Assembly (NCBI GenBank): GCA_937872895.1
Contig: CALMUP010000022.1
Span: 82,874-146,873, forward strand
Source of the DNA: an uncultured Verrucomicrobiota bacterium
GTDB taxonomy: Bacteria > Verrucomicrobiota > Kiritimatiellia > CAIVKH01
DNA: 64,000 bases
Reading direction: 5' to 3'
Each line of letters opens with the position of its first letter. Position 1 is the stretch's first letter. The notes below the pieces were generated by a model that worked only from the letters and a program-made list of their open reading frames with translations, was not told the DNA's origin and did not search any database. Position numbers and translations under genes: made by a program. Of this stretch, positions 52,272 to 64,000 are shown one piece after another.

Positions 52272-53498
52272 GTGCGCCTGCCGTTCTCCATTTATCTTGC
52301 CCTGAACTACATGCGCCCCAAGCGCACGTTCATCTCCGTGGTCACGGTCATCTCGGTGATCGGGGTGATGCTCGGTGTAGCCGTGCTGGTGATCGTGCTG
52401 TCGGTGATGAGCGGCTTCGACGACATGTGGCGCGAGAAGATCCTCAGTTTCAACGCGCACATCACGGTGCAGGACTTCGAGTACATCGAGGATCCCGAGC
52501 CGTTGCTGGAGTCGATCAGCCGGGTGCCGGGGGTGACCGGCGCGGCCCCGTATGTACAGGGGTTGGTGTTCATTTCGCGCAACGACCGGATCTTCACGCC
52601 GATCATGCGCGGATTTGATCCGTTGCACGAGGGGAAGGTCAGCCGGGTGCCGGAGCACATGGTGCGCGGCGAATACGATGTCGCGGACGGCGGGGCGCTG
52701 ATGGGGATCGACCTCGCGCGGCAGATGGGGGTGCAGGTCGGCGACCAGCTTTTGGTCTATTCGCCGCAGAGTTTCAACACCGCTGACGAGGTGTATTTGC
52801 CGGAGGAGTTGACGTTGACCGGCATCTACGATGTCGGGATGTGGGAGTTCGACTCGGGGTTCATGCTCACCTCGCTCGACACGGCGCGTTCGTTGTACCG
52901 GATGGAGGGCGGGGTGCATGCCATCCAGGTCATGACGGAAAACGCCTTGCGGGCGGGGGAATACGCCGAGGCGATCCGCGCCGAGCTGGGGCCTGGTTAC
53001 TTCATCACGACGTGGATGCAGCAGAACCGGCAGTTGTTCGCCGCGCTGCGGGTCGAGAAGAACATGATGTTCATCCTGCTGATCATCATCACGGTGGTGG
53101 CGGCCTTCGGCATCTGCAACACGCTGATCACGGTCACGGTGCAGAAGACGCGGGAGATCGGGTTGCTCAAGTCGCTCGGCTTCTCGTCCGGCCAGGTCAT
53201 GGGCGTGTTCATCTGGCAGGGGTTCATCCAGGGGATCATCGGCAACGTCAGCGGGATCCTGCTGGGGTTGACCTTCCTGCGGTACCGCAACGACCTGCTT
53301 CGTTTCCTGTCCGACCAGTTCGACCTCGAACTGCTGCCGAAGGACCTGTACCACCTGAGCGAGATCCCGGCGACGGTCTCGGGGCATGACATCCTGGTGG
53401 TCGCGTTGTCGGTGCAGGTGATCTGCACCCTGGCCGGGGTATTGCCGGCTTTCCGGGCGGCGCGGCTGGATCCGGTGAGGGCGCTGCGTTATGAATAG
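52272..53498 (+). CDS. Lipoprotein-releasing system permease, LolC/LolE family (FtsX-like)
   Basis: [50 protein letters not shown], a periplasmic domain, and a C-terminal FtsX 3-TM bundle. GTG start. Confidence 0.8.
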   Translation: MRLPFSIYLALNYMRPKRTFISVVTVISVIGVMLGVAVLVIVLSVMSGFDDMWREKILSFNAHITVQDFEYIEDPEPLLESISRVPGVTGAAPYVQGLVFISRNDRIFTPIMRGFDPLHEGKVSRVPEHMVRGEYDVADGGALMGIDLARQMGVQVGDQLLVYSPQSFNTADEVYLPEELTLTGIYDVGMWEFDSGFMLTSLDTARSLYRMEGGVHAIQVMTENALRAGEYAEAIRAELGPGYFITTWMQQNRQLFAALRVEKNMMFILLIIITVVAAFGICNTLITVTVQKTREIGLLKSLGFSSGQVMGVFIWQGFIQGIIGNVSGILLGLTFLRYRNDLLRFLSDQFDLELLPKDLYHLSEIPATVSGHDILVVALSVQVICTLAGVLPAFRAARLDPVRALRYE

Positions 53499-54186
53499 TC
53501 CGGGCGACAGGCTGGGCCTGGTGGCGCGCCAGGTGACCAAGGTGTACGAGCTGGAGAAGGCTCGGATCGAGGTATTGCGCGGGGTGGATGCGGAGGTGCA
53601 CCCGGGCGAGACGGTCTCGATCATGGGGGCGAGCGGGGCGGGCAAGAGCACGTTGCTGCATACCCTGGGCAGCCTGGACCATCCGACCTCGGGCACGGTC
53701 ACGCTGGACGGGGAGGACCTGTACAAGGCGGCGGCCTCGCGGCGGAACGAATTGCGGGCGACGGTGTTCGGTTTCGTGTTCCAGGCGTTCCACCTGTTGC
53801 CCGAGCTGGACGTGCTCGACAACGTCATCCTCCCGGCGTTGAGCCGGCGCGGGGCGTTGCGGCGCCGGGAGTCGATCCGCGAGCGGGGGCGGGAGCTGCT
53901 CACGGCGGTCGGGCTCGGCCACCGCATGAACCACCGTCCGCTCGAGTTGTCGGGCGGGGAGCAGCAACGGGCGTCGATCGCCCGCGCCCTGATGAACCGG
54001 CCACGTTATGTGCTGGCCGACGAACCGACGGGGAACCTCGATTCGGTCACGGGCCAGCACGTGCTCGATACCCTGTTCGGACTGATCGAACGGGAGAGGA
54101 TGGGCCTGGTCATCGTCACGCACAACGAGGCGGTGGCGGCGCGGTGCCGGCGGCAGTTGGTTTTACGTGATGGAAAAATGGCATAA
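53491..54186 (+). CDS. lolD: Lipoprotein-releasing system ATP-binding protein
   Basis: GASGAGKSTLLH, LSGGEQQR, VLADEPTGNLD. Overlaps the permease gene by 8 nt. Confidence 0.85.
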   Translation: MNSPGDRLGLVARQVTKVYELEKARIEVLRGVDAEVHPGETVSIMGASGAGKSTLLHTLGSLDHPTSGTVTLDGEDLYKAAASRRNELRATVFGFVFQAFHLLPELDVLDNVILPALSRRGALRRRESIRERGRELLTAVGLGHRMNHRPLELSGGEQQRASIARALMNRPRYVLADEPTGNLDSVTGQHVLDTLFGLIERERMGLVIVTHNEAVAARCRRQLVLRDGKMA

Positions 54187-54228
54187 GGTCGTGTACTGAT
54201 GTAGGTTTGTGTTCAAGAAGAGGAAGCA

Positions 54229-55098
54229 ATGAAGATCTATTTGAATGGGAAGATTGTGCCGGAGCAGGAAGCCGTGGTGTCGGTGTTTGATCACGGACTG
54301 CTCTATGGTGACGGGGTGTTCGAGGGGATCCGGGCCTACCACGGCAAGGTGTTCCGCCTGGTCGAGCACGTGGACCGGCTGTACCGGTCCGCGGCGGCGA
54401 TCGCCCTGAACATCCCGATGTCGCGCGAGGACATGTGCGCCGCGGTGGTGGCGACCTGCAAGGCCAACGGGATCAACGACGGCTACGTGCGGTTGATCGT
54501 CACCCGTGGCGTGGGCAGCCTCGGCCTGAACCCGTACCTGTGCAAGGAGCCGCAGGTCATCATCATCGCCGGGGCGATCCAGCTCTATCCCAAGGAACTC
54601 TACGAGACGGGCATGAACGTGGTCACGGTGGGGACGATCCGCAACCATGTCGAGGCGTTGAACCCGCGCATCAAGAGCCTGAACTACCTCAACAACATCC
54701 TGGCCAAGATCGAGGCGATCAATGCCGGGGTGCTGGAGTGCATCATGCTGAACCCGCAGGGGTTCGTGGCCGAGGCCTCGGGTGACAACATCTTTGTCAT
54801 CCGCGGGAAGACCCTGATCACGCCGCCGGTCTGGTGCGGTGCGCTGGAGGGCATCACCCGCGAGGTGGTCATGCAGATCGCGCCGTCGTGCGGCCTGGCC
54901 GTCAAGGAGGACGTGCTCACCCGGTACGACCTGTACACGGCGGACGAGCTGTTCCTGACCGGCACGGCGGCGGAGATCATCAGCGTGGTCAATGTCGACC
55001 GCCGGGTGATCGGCGGGGGCAAACCCGGCCCGTACACCCTTGAACTGCTCAAGGCCTTTGCCGTGGAGACGAAGAATACCGGGGTGCCGATCACCTAG
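54229..55098 (+). CDS. ilvE: Branched-chain amino acid aminotransferase (fold type IV)
   Basis: VSVFDHGLLYGDGVFEGIRAY, …EASGDNIFV…, GITR. Confidence 0.85.
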   Translation: MKIYLNGKIVPEQEAVVSVFDHGLLYGDGVFEGIRAYHGKVFRLVEHVDRLYRSAAAIALNIPMSREDMCAAVVATCKANGINDGYVRLIVTRGVGSLGLNPYLCKEPQVIIIAGAIQLYPKELYETGMNVVTVGTIRNHVEALNPRIKSLNYLNNILAKIEAINAGVLECIMLNPQGFVAEASGDNIFVIRGKTLITPPVWCGALEGITREVVMQIAPSCGLAVKEDVLTRYDLYTADELFLTGTAAEIISVVNVDRRVIGGGKPGPYTLELLKAFAVETKNTGVPIT

Positions 55099-55106
55099 AT
55101 CCCGCC

Positions 55107-55604
55107 ATGAACTGTGAACTGTGCCAGGCCCATGAAGCGACGGTCCATCTGACCCAGGTCATCGATGGCTCGATCAAGAAGCTTCATCTCTGCGAGGCCT
55201 GTGCGCAGAAGAACGGCTTCGACATGCAGGGGCCGATCTCGATCACCGATATCCTGCTCGGCATGGGCGGCAAGCGGGAGGAGGCCGCGGCGCCGACCTC
55301 CGAGCGGTCGTGTCCGCGCTGCCACATGCGTCGGTCGGACTTCAAGAAAAGCGGACGTTTCGGCTGTTCCGCCTGCTACGAGGCGTTTGCCGAGGATCTG
55401 CCTTCGCTGCTGCGGGCGATGCACCGCAACGACCGCCACATCGGGAAGGTGCCGGCCATCGCGGCGCGGCGGGTCCAGTTCATCAAGGAATTGAGCGACC
55501 TGCAGCAGGCGCTCGACCAGGCCATCGCCGAGGAGAAGTACGAGAAGGCGGCCAAGATCCGCGATCGCATCACGGCGTGCCGTGCATCCATGGAGCAGGG
55601 GTGA
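55107..55604 (+). CDS. mcsA: McsA-like protein arginine kinase activator (four CxxC zinc-finger motifs + UVR motif)
   Basis: CELC, CEAC, CPRC and CSAC pairs. UVR-like LQQALDQAIAEEKYEKAAKIRDRI. Confidence 0.7.
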   Translation: MNCELCQAHEATVHLTQVIDGSIKKLHLCEACAQKNGFDMQGPISITDILLGMGGKREEAAAPTSERSCPRCHMRRSDFKKSGRFGCSACYEAFAEDLPSLLRAMHRNDRHIGKVPAIAARRVQFIKELSDLQQALDQAIAEEKYEKAAKIRDRITACRASMEQG

Positions 55605-55608
55605 CACG

Positions 55609-56694
55609 GTGAACATCGATACCCTGCTGGACAATACCGGGGCGTGGATGTCGTCGGGCGACGACGAGCAGATCGTCATCACCAGCCGCATCCGGCTGGC
55701 CCGAAACCTGAAGAACTCGGCCTTCCCGGGCTGGGGCGGGGTCGAGGAATGTGCCCGGATCTGGTCCAGCCTGCGTCCGCGGCTGGCCGGCCTGCCGTCG
55801 ATCCAGCCGGAAATCGATGTCGGTATGGACGAGCTGGAGGAGCTCGACAAGCAGATCCTGCTGGAGCGTCACCTGATCAGCCGCGAGCAGGTCGAAAAGG
55901 GTCGCGGCAGCGGCTTGATCCTCAGCGCGGACGAGCTGGTTTCGGTCATGGTCAACGAGGAGGACCACCTCCGCATCCAGGTCCTGCAGTCCGGCCTCAA
56001 CCTCGCCACGGCGTGGGAGAAGATCGATCAGCTGGATTCCGAGATCGAGAGCCAGACCGAGTACGCATTTTCCGACGCGCTGGGCTACCTGACCTCGTGT
56101 CCGACCAATGTCGGTACGGGGATGCGGGCGAGCGTGATGATGCACCTGCCCGGCCTGGTGCTGATGGAGGAGATGAATCCGATCATCAAGGGGTTGGGCA
56201 AGATCGGGCTGACCGTGCGCGGGTTGTGGGGCGAGGGGACCGAGGCGATCGGCAACTTCTTCCAGGTTTCCAACCAGATGACACTGGGCGAACGCGAGGC
56301 GGACATCGTCTACAACATCGAACAGATCGCCCGGGAAATCGTCGAACACGAGAAAAATGCCCGGGCCCGCCTGGTCGAGAAGAAGGAACTGTTTCTGAAG
56401 GACCACATCGGCCGGGCCTACGGGATCCTGACCCATGCGCACTTGCTGACCACCAAGGAGGCGCTGGACCTCCTGTCTGATTTGCGTTTAGGGGTCGATC
56501 TGGGTATATTGAAGTCAGTGGGTCGTCAGACGGTCGATGAACTGCTGATGACGGCACAACCCGGCCATTTGCAAAAGCTGGAAGGAAAGGCGCTTAAGCC
56601 GAAAGATCGCGATCGGGTCAGGGCGAAACGGGTGCGAGAGCGGCTGTCACGGGGCGACAGCAAACCAAAAAGGCAAAGCAGAACCCATGAATAA
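55609..56694 (+). CDS. mcsB: Protein arginine kinase McsB
   Basis: SSRIRLARNL, NEEDHLRIQ, and phosphagen-kinase signature CPTNVGTGMRAS. GTG 55609 lies 5 nt after the mcsA stop; ATG 55582 is an alternative start. Confidence 0.85.
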   Translation: MNIDTLLDNTGAWMSSGDDEQIVITSRIRLARNLKNSAFPGWGGVEECARIWSSLRPRLAGLPSIQPEIDVGMDELEELDKQILLERHLISREQVEKGRGSGLILSADELVSVMVNEEDHLRIQVLQSGLNLATAWEKIDQLDSEIESQTEYAFSDALGYLTSCPTNVGTGMRASVMMHLPGLVLMEEMNPIIKGLGKIGLTVRGLWGEGTEAIGNFFQVSNQMTLGEREADIVYNIEQIAREIVEHEKNARARLVEKKELFLKDHIGRAYGILTHAHLLTTKEALDLLSDLRLGVDLGILKSVGRQTVDELLMTAQPGHLQKLEGKALKPKDRDRVRAKRVRERLSRGDSKPKRQSRTHE

Positions 56695-59188
56695 CTTTAC
56701 TCCACGTGCCCAGCAGGTCCTTCAACTGGCCCGCAAGGAAGCGGACCGGTTCAACCACAGCTACGTCGGCACGGAACACCTGCTGCTGGGCATCATCGCC
56801 CTCGGGCAGGGGGTGGCCGTGAACGTCCTGCAGCGGTTGAACGTCAACCTCGAGGCGGTGCGCATCGAGGTTGAAAAGGCGGTCGGGGTCGGGCCGGAAA
56901 CCAAGCAGGTCGGCAACCTGCCGTTCACCCCCCGGGTGAAGAAGGTGCTCGCGCTCGCCGGCAGCGAAGCCCGTTCGCTGAACCACGCGTACGTCGGCAC
57001 CGAGCACATCCTGCTCGGGCTGCTGCGCGAAGGGGAGGGTGTGGCCTCGCGGGTATTGCGCAACCTGAACGTGGACCTTGAGAAGACCCGGGTCGAGATC
57101 ATGAAGGAACTCGATCCGAACTACGAGCCGGAGGGTGACAGCCAGGGATCGACCGGTGGCGGATCGACCGGCGGGGGCAGCGGTGCGGCTCCGGCCGAGC
57201 CGTCCTCGCAGCCGGCCGCGCGAGACTCCAAGACCCCGGCGTTGAGTACGTTTGGCCGCGACCTGACCGAACTGGCCGCCAAGGGTGAGCTGGATCCGGT
57301 GATCGGCCGCGCCTCGGAAATCGAGCGGGTGATCCAGATCCTGTGCCGCCGCAGCAAGAACAATCCGGTGTTGCTCGGCGAGGCGGGGGTTGGCAAGACC
57401 GCGATTGTCGAGGGGCTCGCCCAGGCGATCTCCAAGGGCGATGTCCCCGAGTTGCTGCGCGACAAGCGGGTGGTCACCCTCGATCTCGCCCTGATGGTGG
57501 CGGGCACCAAGTACCGCGGGCAGTTCGAGGAGCGCATCAAGGCGGTCATGGACGAGATCAAGCGCGCGAAGAACATCCTGTTGTTCATCGACGAGTTGCA
57601 CACCATCGTCGGCGCCGGTTCGGCGGAGGGGGCGATGGATGCCTCGAACATCATCAAGCCCGCGCTGTCGCGTGGCGAGATGCAGTGCATCGGCGCGACC
57701 ACGTTGACCGAGTACCGCAAGTTCATCGAGAAGGACGCCGCGCTCGAGCGCCGCTTCCAGTCGGTCATGGTGCGGGAGCCCACCATCGAGGAAACGGTGG
57801 AGATCCTCAAGGGCCTGCGCCAGCGGTACGAGGTGCACCACCATGCCAAGATCCTCGACGAGGCGCTGATCGCCTCGGCCGAGTATTCGTCCCGTTACCT
57901 GAATGACCGGTTCCTGCCCGACAAGGCGATCGACGTGATGGACGAGGCGGGAGCCCGGGCGCGTATCTCGGCCATGACCCGTCCGCCGGACATCAAGGAG
58001 AAGGAACGCCAGATCGAGGAGATCCGCAAGAACAAGGAGGACGCGATCAAGGCGCAGCATTTCGAGGAGGCGGCCGCGTTCCGCGACCAGGAACGCATCG
58101 CCACCGAGGAGATGACCCGGGTGATGGACGAGTGGCGCAAGTCCCGCGACCAGGCGGTGGTCACGGTCAGCGCCGAGGACATCATGACCATCATCTCCAA
58201 GTGGACCGGTATCCCGCTCTACAAGATGGAGGAGCAGGACATGTCGCGCCTGCTGAAGATGGAGCAGGAGATCGAGAAGACGGTGATCGGCCAGCACGAG
58301 GCGGTCGTGGCCGTCTCGAAGGCGTTGCGCCGTTCGCGGGCCGACCTGCGCGATCCGAAGCGGCCGATCGGTTCGTTCATCTTCCTCGGACCCACCGGTG
58401 TCGGCAAGACCCTGCTGGCCAAGGCGCTGGCCGAGTTCATGTTCAACACGGCGGACGCGCTGATCCAGATCGACATGTCGGAATACATGGAGAAGTTCGC
58501 GGTATCGCGCCTGGTCGGTTCGCCGCCGGGCTATGTCGGGTACGATGAGGGTGGACAGTTGACCGAGAAGGTCCGCCGCCGCCCGTACTCGGTAGTGCTC
58601 TTCGACGAGATCGAGAAGGCCCATCCCGACGTGATGCACATCCTGTTGCAGATCCTCGAGGAGGGCAAGTTGACCGACAGCCTCGGGCGGGCGGTGGACT
58701 TCCGCAACACGATCATCATCATGACGTCGAACATCGGCGCGGACTCGGTCCGCAAGGGCTCGGGACTCGGCTTTGCCGAGGACACCGGGGCGGCCGACTA
58801 CGAGCGGATGAAGCGGCTGATGCTCGAGGAGTCGAAACGCGCGTTCAAGCCGGAGTTGCTCAACCGCATCGAGGACATCGTGGTGTTCCATCCGATGACC
58901 CGCGAGGCGGTCATGAACATCCTCGACCTCGAGGTGGCGAAGGTCAAATCGCGCCTGGCCACGAAGAACATCGAGTTGCACATCGCCGAATCGGCCCGCG
59001 ACTTCCTGATCGCCAAGGGTTTCGACCCGACCTACGGGGCGCGGCCGATGCGCCGCGCGGTGGAGCGGTACCTGGAGGATCCGCTGGCCGAGGAAATCCT
59101 GCGTGGCACGGTCCGCAAGGACGAGACCATTGAAGTGACCTCGGACGGCGACAAGTTGACCTTCGGCCAGCTTGCCGGGACGAACTGA
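56687..59188 (+). CDS. clpC: ATP-dependent Clp protease ATP-binding subunit ClpC
   Basis: Double Clp_N repeat, two AAA+ modules ([16 protein letters not shown]), and a UVR motif ([12 protein letters not shown]). A Gly/Ser-rich ~45-aa linker follows the N-domain. Confidence 0.9.
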   Translation: MNNFTPRAQQVLQLARKEADRFNHSYVGTEHLLLGIIALGQGVAVNVLQRLNVNLEAVRIEVEKAVGVGPETKQVGNLPFTPRVKKVLALAGSEARSLNHAYVGTEHILLGLLREGEGVASRVLRNLNVDLEKTRVEIMKELDPNYEPEGDSQGSTGGGSTGGGSGAAPAEPSSQPAARDSKTPALSTFGRDLTELAAKGELDPVIGRASEIERVIQILCRRSKNNPVLLGEAGVGKTAIVEGLAQAISKGDVPELLRDKRVVTLDLALMVAGTKYRGQFEERIKAVMDEIKRAKNILLFIDELHTIVGAGSAEGAMDASNIIKPALSRGEMQCIGATTLTEYRKFIEKDAALERRFQSVMVREPTIEETVEILKGLRQRYEVHHHAKILDEALIASAEYSSRYLNDRFLPDKAIDVMDEAGARARISAMTRPPDIKEKERQIEEIRKNKEDAIKAQHFEEAAAFRDQERIATEEMTRVMDEWRKSRDQAVVTVSAEDIMTIISKWTGIPLYKMEEQDMSRLLKMEQEIEKTVIGQHEAVVAVSKALRRSRADLRDPKRPIGSFIFLGPTGVGKTLLAKALAEFMFNTADALIQIDMSEYMEKFAVSRLVGSPPGYVGYDEGGQLTEKVRRRPYSVVLFDEIEKAHPDVMHILLQILEEGKLTDSLGRAVDFRNTIIIMTSNIGADSVRKGSGLGFAEDTGAADYERMKRLMLEESKRAFKPELLNRIEDIVVFHPMTREAVMNILDLEVAKVKSRLATKNIELHIAESARDFLIAKGFDPTYGARPMRRAVERYLEDPLAEEILRGTVRKDETIEVTSDGDKLTFGQLAGTN

Positions 59189-59208
59189 CGCACTTGCACG
59201 TCGCGACA

Positions 59209-59247
59209 CGGTGCCGGTTTTTTCGATTGGGACATCGGCCGGCACCG
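59209..59247. other. 9-bp inverted repeat (cggtgccgg…ccggcaccg) with a T6-containing 21-nt loop, 20 nt downstream of clpC. Possible terminator/regulatory stem-loop.
   Basis: Read directly. Function is not established. Confidence 0.25.
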
Positions 59248-59261
59248 CGTAGGATCGCCCC

Positions 59262-60170
59262 GTGGTAACGTTTCTTAAAATCCTGTGCTGGTTGTTTGCC
59301 GCGGTTCCTCCCCGCGTTGCCCGTGCCTGGGGGCGGGGGATCGGTCGCCTGATGGCGCGGCTGCTCGGCCGCAAGGTGGCCTTGGCCGAGGACAGCCTGC
59401 GGCAGGCGTTTCCCGATTGGAACGAGGATCGGCTTCGCCGCACGGCCAAGGGGGTATTCATGAACCAGGGTCTGCTCCTCGCCGAGACCCTGCGGCGTCT
59501 GGGCAGGCCACGGATCAATCCGCTCGACGAGATCACCCACGATCCGGCGCAGATGGAGGCGTTCGAGGCGATCATGGCGCAGGGCCGGGGTGGCTTGGTG
59601 CTCACCGCCCACATCAACAATTATGAATTCCTGTCGGCGTGGGCGGCGCGGCGGTTCGCCATGACCATCACCGCGAAGAAGATCAAGCCCAAGGCGCTCG
59701 GTGATTTCATCCAGCAGATGCGGCGCGACGGCAACATCACCGAGGTGCCGCACCACGGTTCGTACCGGAGCCTGTTGCGGGCGGTCAAGGCGGGCGGGGG
59801 GATCGGGTTCATCATGGACCAGAACATGATCCACCGCGAAGGGGTGTTCGTGACGTTCTTCGGTCGGCCGGCCTGCACGACGGCGGGATTGGCCATGTTG
59901 TCGGCCCAGGCGCAGACTCCGGTGGTGCCGGTGTTCATCCTGCGCGATGGCGACGGCTACCGGGTCAAGATGTTGCCGCCGATCCCGCCGCCGGTGGACC
60001 GCAGCGTGGAGGCCTTGCAGGACGCGACCCAGCTTTATTCCAATGCGATCGAGTCGGTCATCCGCGAGCAGCCGGAATCCTGGATCTGGATGCACCGCCG
60101 GTGGAAGACCCAGCCGAAGGCGGGCGACCGGGTTACCCGGAACGACGGGACCTCCTACCTCCATGCCTGA
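59262..60170 (+). CDS. Lipid A biosynthesis late acyltransferase family protein (LpxL/HtrB-like)
   Basis: N-terminal TM, HX4E-type motif (LTAHINNYEF), FIMDQN, and PACTTAGLAML. GTG start. Confidence 0.7.
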   Translation: MVTFLKILCWLFAAVPPRVARAWGRGIGRLMARLLGRKVALAEDSLRQAFPDWNEDRLRRTAKGVFMNQGLLLAETLRRLGRPRINPLDEITHDPAQMEAFEAIMAQGRGGLVLTAHINNYEFLSAWAARRFAMTITAKKIKPKALGDFIQQMRRDGNITEVPHHGSYRSLLRAVKAGGGIGFIMDQNMIHREGVFVTFFGRPACTTAGLAMLSAQAQTPVVPVFILRDGDGYRVKMLPPIPPPVDRSVEALQDATQLYSNAIESVIREQPESWIWMHRRWKTQPKAGDRVTRNDGTSYLHA

Positions 60171-61133
60171 TCCGTTGCTTCAACTGGCCGAGGTGCAGGT
60201 CACGTTCGCGAGCGACCTCGGGGAGGTGTCCGCGGTGGACCGCGTTTCGTTTTCGGTGGAACGCGGCGAGGTGGTCGCGCTGGTCGGCGAGAGCGGGTCG
60301 GGAAAATCGGCCACGGCGCTGGCCATCGGGGGCTTGTTGCCCGGCCATGCGCGGGTCGGGGGCAGCATCCGGCTGGACGGTGCGGAGTTGGTCGGTCGCT
60401 CGTCAACGGCATGGCGGGGCATTCGCGGCCGCCGTATCGCGTACGTGTTCCAGGAGCCGGCTACGGCCTTGAATCCGGTGTTCACGGCGGGTTACCAGGT
60501 TTCCGAGGCCCTCAAGGTGGCGGGGCGACGTGACTCGCTGGAGGAGCGGATCGCCGCCTTGCTCGAATCGGTGGGCTTGCGTGATGCCGGTCGTATCGCC
60601 TCCTCCTACCCGCACCAGTTGAGCGGTGGCCAGCAGCAGCGGGTGGTCATGGCGATGGCCTTGGCCGGGGAGCCGGAGTTGCTGATCGCGGATGAGCCGA
60701 CCACGGCACTGGATGTCACGGTGCAGGCGCAGATCCTGGAGCTGCTCGCCGAGCTGCAGCGGTCGCGCGGCCTGGCGGTCCTGCTGATCACCCACAACCT
60801 CGCCATCGCGGCGCGGTTGGCCCGCCGCATGGTGGTCCTGTACGCCGGCCAGGTCGTGGAGGAGGGGCCGGCGGCGGAGATGGTCCATGCACCGCGGCAT
60901 CCCTACACCCACGCCTTGTTGCGGGCGGTACCCAAACTCCGGGGTGCCGGGTCGGCGGCCGATCTGGTCGGGATTCCCGGGCAGATCCCTTCGCCGATGG
61001 CTCTACCCTCGGGTTGCCGGTTCCATCCGCGGTGTGCGCGGTGCGTCGCGACGTGCCGCGGGGAGGTGCCGGAGCTTGCCGATACGGGATCGGGTTGGCG
61101 CAGCCGTTGTCCCTTCGCGCGGGAGGTGGGGAC

Positions 61134-61137
<4 letters not shown>
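60163..61137 (+). CDS. Opp/Dpp-type ABC transporter ATP-binding protein (OppD/DppD-like)
   Basis: [29 protein letters not shown], and C-terminal Cys cluster [15 protein letters not shown]. Confidence 0.8.
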
Positions 61138-63094
<1,957 letters not shown>

Positions 63095-63113
63095 CGCGGC
63101 CGAAACCTGTGAG

Positions 63114-63485
63114 ATGACGATGGATACAATGCAACTGCTGCTGGGTATGGCGCCGCCGCCGGGACAAGGCGGGGAAGCTCCTTCGGGAACCTTCTTCATG
63201 GGCTGGATCGCGATCATGATTGCGATCTTCTACGTGATGATCATCCGGCCCCAGCGCCGCCGCGAGAAGGAACGGATGGACCTCCTCAAGGCGATCAAAT
63301 CGGGTGACCGCGTGCTGTTCAGCGGGGGCATCATCGGCATTGTCACCAACGTGAAGGAGAAGACCTTCACCATCAAGGTGGGCGAAAAGACGAAACTCGA
63401 AGTGTTGCGTGGCTCGGTCACCCAGGTGCTGGGCAAGGACGACCTGCCCGCCGACCTCGATCCTGAACTCTCCTCGGTCAAGTAA
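63114..63485 (+). CDS. yajC: Preprotein translocase subunit YajC
   Basis: Single TM (FMGWIAIMIAIFYVMII), RPQRRREKE, GDRVLFSGGIIGIV. It lies between tgt and secD. Confidence 0.8.
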   Translation: MTMDTMQLLLGMAPPPGQGGEAPSGTFFMGWIAIMIAIFYVMIIRPQRRREKERMDLLKAIKSGDRVLFSGGIIGIVTNVKEKTFTIKVGEKTKLEVLRGSVTQVLGKDDLPADLDPELSSVK

Positions 63486-63506
63486 TTCACGCACGGACGG
63501 AACACA

Positions 63507-64000
63507 ATGGACAAGAATGCTGTTTGGAAATGGGCGTTTCTCGGGATCCTGATTCTCAGCTCGCTGATGCTGGTCACGCCGGTCAGCCAGAAGGTCAAGC
63601 TGGGCCTCGATCTGCAGGGCGGTATCAGTTTCATCGTCGAAGTTGACCAGGAGCAGCTGCTCCGCCAGTACCGTGAGGAAAACCGCGAGATGAGCGAGGA
63701 GCAGCTTTCCGCCGATGTGCGGGACATCATCCTCCGCTCGAAGGATGTCGCGGTCGAGGTGTTGCGCAGCCGGGTGGACACCCTCGGCATCGCCGAACCG
63801 TCGATCTACCCGAAGGGCGACAACCGGATCATCATCCAGTTGCCGGGCATTGACGAGGCCAAGCAGAACGAGGCGCGCGACTCGATCATGAGCGTGGCGT
63901 TTCTCGAGTTCCGCCTGGTGCATGAGAACAGCGAGAACTGGGTTAATGAACTGTTTACCGACAGCAAGGCCCCCCGCGGTTTCCGCATCGGCAGCGCCAG
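63507..64000 (+). CDS. secD: Protein translocase subunit SecD (3' end beyond the window)
   Basis: My own translation from ATG 63507: MDKNAVWKWAFLGILILSSLMLVTPVSQKVKLGLDLQGGISFIVEV…RVDTLGIAEPSIYPKGDNRIIIQLPGIDEAKQ…AFLEFRLVHE. This ORF is not in the ORF track because it is open-ended. Confidence 0.85.
   Translation, partial: MDKNAVWKWAFLGILILSSLMLVTPVSQKVKLGLDLQGGISFIVEVDQEQLLRQYREENREMSEEQLSADVRDIILRSKDVAVEVLRSRVDTLGIAEPSIYPKGDNRIIIQLPGIDEAKQNEARDSIMSVAFLEFRLVHENSENWVNELFTDSKAPRGFRIGSA

Noticed and set aside
50804-53927. Minus-strand ORFs 50804..52291 and 52251..53927
   Set aside because: Antisense to lysS, the lolC/E-like gene and lolD.
56618-59620. 1000-aa minus-strand ORF
   Set aside because: It lies antisense to the clearly homologous clpC gene. 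Its composition is Arg/Gly/Leu/Asp-rich low complexity, typical of shadow ORFs in high-GC DNA, and no family resemblance is seen.

Overview
High-GC bacterial chromosomal segment that is densely coding, with about 57 CDS and no rRNA, tRNA or CRISPR seen. The gene content includes an FtsZ-containing dcw cluster, a HAL2-type nucleotidase, McsA-McsB-ClpC, and a giant secreted GH13 enzyme with thrombospondin-type-3-like Ca repeats. This weakly suggests a PVC-group organism (Verrucomicrobiota/Kiritimatiellota-like); that is inference only.

Most of the window is housekeeping: coaE-rho, thiD, comEC, yebC-ruvC, murG-murC-ddl-ftsQ-ftsA-ftsZ, trxB, lysS-lolCE-lolD, ilvE, mcsA-mcsB-clpC and tgt-yajC-secD.

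The parts I consider worth a second look are:
1. A Mn/Fe-type ABC importer locus (10.9-16.1 kb). Both permeases carry a C-terminal DtxR/TroR-like metalloregulator module, and a free-standing DtxR repressor sits alongside.
2. A minus-strand operon (33.9-40.5 kb). It holds a solute-binding-protein/MalF-like permease fusion, a MalG-like permease with a ~330-aa extracytoplasmic insert, a 6-TM protein, and a B12-binding/radical-SAM-like protein that has lost the CxxxCxxC cluster motif. No ATPase is present.
3. A SigF/NrsF-type ECF pair. An exact GTAACC-N16-CGAA motif points away from it into trxB.
4. An EF-G paralog with PGH->PGY and NKMD->TGLD substitutions.
5. Three unknown genes (a TPR-LysM lipoprotein and two tail-anchored coiled-coil proteins) plus ogt, placed where ftsW-side dcw genes usually sit.
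6. The only long non-coding patch (48.9-50.3 kb). It contains a near-identical 192-bp tandem repeat, MITE-like AACCGCAGA elements, phased CACGAA decamers and a truncated IS110-like transposase remnant.

All family calls are made by eye from the translations. No database search was run.
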